A DNA stretch of 51,308 bases, the filler included, from Sphacelaria rigidula (lineage: Eukaryota): assembly GCA_964200075.2 (NCBI GenBank). It is 2 parts of 2 records of this genome, joined end to end, with 100 filler letters (N's around TTAATTAATTAA, not from the genome) between each part and the next. Parts side by side here need not be neighbours in the genome. Positions count along the whole stretch, not along the records: positions 25,711 to 51,308 come from CAXNAA020000160.1; 1 more part is not named here. One strand, 5' to 3'. Each line of letters starts with the position of its first letter. Position 1 is the stretch's first letter. Below the pieces are notes generated by a model. The model did not search any database. It was not told the origin of the DNA and saw only the letters and a list, made by a program, of their open reading frames with translations. Shown here in pieces: positions 48,616 to 51,308 of this stretch. A program made the translations under genes and the position numbers.

Positions 48616-49303
48616 CGAACTGGGCCAGCTTAACCCTTACACCGCGAGGGTAGTCTATCTGAATCATGCATACTTTTTTTCATCGAAATCGATGCCAATT
48701 CAGCACATGACCTACTGTCGCTGTCTCAGGGTTAACAGCGGCTAAAAGTTGCTCACACCACAGCTCTCCTAGTTTCCCGAATGAACCCGATGTAAGAACA
48801 TCACTGTGAAGTGCAAACCAACCTGGTAACACACGGCACCGCTGCTGAATGGGGGGGAAAAATGAAAGAAAATATATACTGCATATTATATGACCTTAAC
48901 GACGGACGGGAAAAAAAAAAAAAACTGTCGGGATTCGAACGCATGACCTCCATTATTGGAGCTTCCCACCACTTGTATTATAGGGGGGCAGCAGCGTCAC
49001 GCAAAATTTTGTAGGCAGGGCCCAATTCGGCGACTCTTGAGCTGAAATTCCAGGAAGACCTTCTGCACCCAAGTGATACATCACGTGAGCAGCTGCAGAT
49101 TCTCATTGACATTTTCTTGTTTCTGCTGAAATTTCAAACCCCCATAACTTCTTTTTTTTTTTCCTTGTTTTCTTCGCAGCTCACGTGATCTTCTGCATTT
49201 CGATCTTGAAAAGCTGCTGTCAACATTTCAGCGTCCAGCTCCTAATATCGCGCCGTGCGTCGCCTGAGCGAGGAAACCACCCATTGTTGGCTGGTCCAGC
49301 TCG
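48616..49303. mobile_element. TA-flanked MITE, copy 2 (inverted relative to 4602-5199), with a nested insert
   Basis: TA|CGAACTGGGCCAGC ... GCTGGTCCAGCTCG|TA. Colinear with the reverse complement of copy 1 once 48634-48735 is removed. Confidence 0.87.
48634..48731. mobile_element. 98-bp piggyBac-type mini-element
   Basis: TTAA|CCCTTACACCGCGAGGGTAG ... CTACTGTCGCTGTCTCAGGG|TTAA. The homologous site in copy 1 has a single TTAA (5182-5185). Confidence 0.85.
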
Positions 49304-49327
49304 TAACCCTAACCCTAACCCCAACCC
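49304..49327. repeat. Short interstitial telomere-like repeat (TAACCC)3 CAACCC
   Basis: Direct reading; equals (TTAGGG)n on minus. Confidence 0.8.
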
Positions 49328-49559
49328 GAGGCTTACCGAGAACCCTCGGGCATGGGGGATTCTAAGGACGCTCTAGGCGAAGGGTGCTTCGGTAGACCTC
49401 AAATCGGCGCCTATTGCGCCAATTTCAAGGAAAACGCTTGGAGCACTTGGGACTGTCAGCCCCGCCGAAGATCTGAACATCGGTGTTTACACTCAGATGA
49501 AGTGATATATTTCAGGAAAAGTTCTTATCGACCAAGTGGTGATATCTACCGGACCACGG

Positions 49560-50285
49560 CGAGGCTGGCGACTCGTCGCACCATGCTGGGACCCTCACCG
49601 TGAAGTACACACCAATTTATTTCTACCGAGATAACTGAAGGTTCTGAGTGCAATGGTCCAACTGTCGACGCTCTTGTAAGCAACACTCGTGCACGATGGG
49701 TGGGGTCCATCTGACACAGTACAGAGAGCGTGTAGTTTGTAGCGTCTCACTTGGTGTAGGGTGCACAGAGCGGGAAGGAACGCGACGTCGACTTTGACGG
49801 GGTAAGCCTTGCACAGGGCAGGGCTTAGTAGGATGAAGTATACTGAGATCGGTGGGCGCCAGAGACGACGCCCAAAGTGAGAAACATGACCACAGCCCGC
49901 ACTGGAGATTGGAGGATGACAATCCGGGTGTGGTTGATAGGCCCGAGTTATTCGGAAAGCGCGTCGAGTCATGCAGAGGTGATCACAGCTATGGGGCAAA
50001 AGACAGCTCAAAACTCATCACCCGGGGTAGTTGTTCGAGGAGGAGGTGAACTATGAAAGAGTGAGACACGCGATATTCTACGATACATACCCCTCTCTTA
50101 CTTTGCCACAGCTGTCGTTTCGCGGCCCTGTTTTTTCCCGAGCGAAGTGCCGCCCGTCCCTCAACCCTTCGACCTCGAAGCATCCATCTTAGTCAATGCA
50201 TACCAATGCCCCCTCTGTGTATTGATGGGAGTATTCCGTGGATATCATCAGTGTCCGTCAGGTAATGTGCGACAATCAATCAATC
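49560..50285 (+). mobile_element. Possible decayed LINE 3' end with a (CAAT)n tail
   Basis: RRTMLG...FISTEI...PTVDALVSNTRARWVGSI resembles the post-RT region of RTE-like LINEs. Ends ATGTGCGACAATCAATCAATC like the other tails. Confidence 0.4.
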
Positions 50286-51308
50286 CGACGTGTGGAGCGA
50301 ATAGTTATTAGTCTGCCACCGTTTGTGAACCCTCAGAAGCAACAGGCATAGCCGATGTCCCATTTTCCCTCTTCCGAGCCTAGCCCATGCAAAAGCTGCT
50401 GATGACACCCTCTGCTGCTGAAAGAACGTCCCGCATAGGTTGTGGCCTCAAGGACGTAACCAGATTCTGCAAAAAATGTCCGTTATCTGTCGTGATCCGA
50501 AGTCGTAGACCTTATGCCCTTGTGGGGGTCTCCTGTACCAGTTTGATGAACGGGTGCGGCGGTGTCATACAAAAAAAGTGGGATGCCTTGCCCAATTTCG
50601 GGAGTTTTGAGCCGAGTATTCATCCTCTACACGCAAGTTGATAGTTTCATGAAAGCAATCAACTTTTTTTTGTGCATCAAGTCACGACATTTTATTTTTT
50701 TAGCTGTAATACGAAATTTCTAGGAATGTGCACGTATAAAGAAAAATCCGCGGAGCGGGTTATTACGGTACGGTTTGTCAATCCGCACCGCTCCGTGGCA
50801 TTCGTAGGGGACCGGTGTCCGCTCCGTGACAATTTAAAAAAAAACGCTCCGCTCCGTATAGATTACAGGTGCGCGATTGGAACCGTGAAACGCGGTTTTC
50901 TACAGTGCGGTATTATCCACTCCGTAGGTGAGCCGTGCGTTCTCTGTGGCATAACTTACGGATCGAACCGCCGAAAAGCCACGGATTTCCATGGACAAAT
51001 TTGTTTCGAATGCCGGATAACTTGGAAAAATCGAAGTATTGAAATATCGTTCTGGATAAGCAATTCGCTGATACCCTTCGGAGAGAATTTGCCGCATGCA
51101 ACAAAGAGGGAAATGGCGACCCACCCCGACTACAAGGGGCTGTGTGGCATGGTGATGGGGACAAAAGTATCATCCAAACCCACAAGTGGCGGGCGGCCCG
51201 CCGGTCGCCGCATCCTGTTGGAAGCTCTTCACCACGACCCATACTGCCTTGGTGCTGCGCGGTTTGACCAAGAGTAGAGATTCTTCTTCGCGTGGCAATC
51301 TAACAAGA

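Noticed and set aside
49304-49327. Chromosome end
   Set aside because: Only four units, with ordinary sequence on both sides.
50672-51277. 201-aa ORF
   Set aside because: GTG start, no recognisable domain or coding bias, and it overlaps a short-motif cluster.

Overview
Eukaryotic nuclear DNA of about 50% GC, with long introns and dense repeats. It is most likely from a brown alga or related stramenopile, inferred from intron and codon style and the repeat content, not proven. A 100-bp artificial spacer (N44-TTAATTAATTAA-N44, 25611-25710) lies almost at the centre, so the two halves may not be truly adjacent. The left half holds one large gene that I reconstructed by hand: 8 coding exons on + (6639-23910, 6978 nt, about 2325 aa, all splice phases consistent). 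It encodes an Sfi1-like centrin-binding repeat protein whose repeat array is split by a low-complexity insert of about 1150 aa. Its introns and flanks carry a decayed LINE, a tRNA-derived SINE and several MITEs. The right half is decayed transposons: an internally deleted Ty3/Gypsy element that lacks the RT core and most of RNase H, a duplicated ~1-kb repeat, a hAT remnant, a second LINE copy, a Ty1/Copia remnant, a possible KDZ/Zisupton-like remnant and nested MITEs. The most distinctive signals are (i) four ~250-bp TIR elements with apparent 4-bp target duplications, three of which share a TIR core, (ii) a TA-flanked MITE carrying a tRNA-like Pol III cassette, with one copy in a telomere-like repeat and holding a 98-bp piggyBac-type insert, and (iii) a SINE 3' end shared with a longer repeat. 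I found no CRISPR array, rRNA or intact tRNA. No database searches were run.
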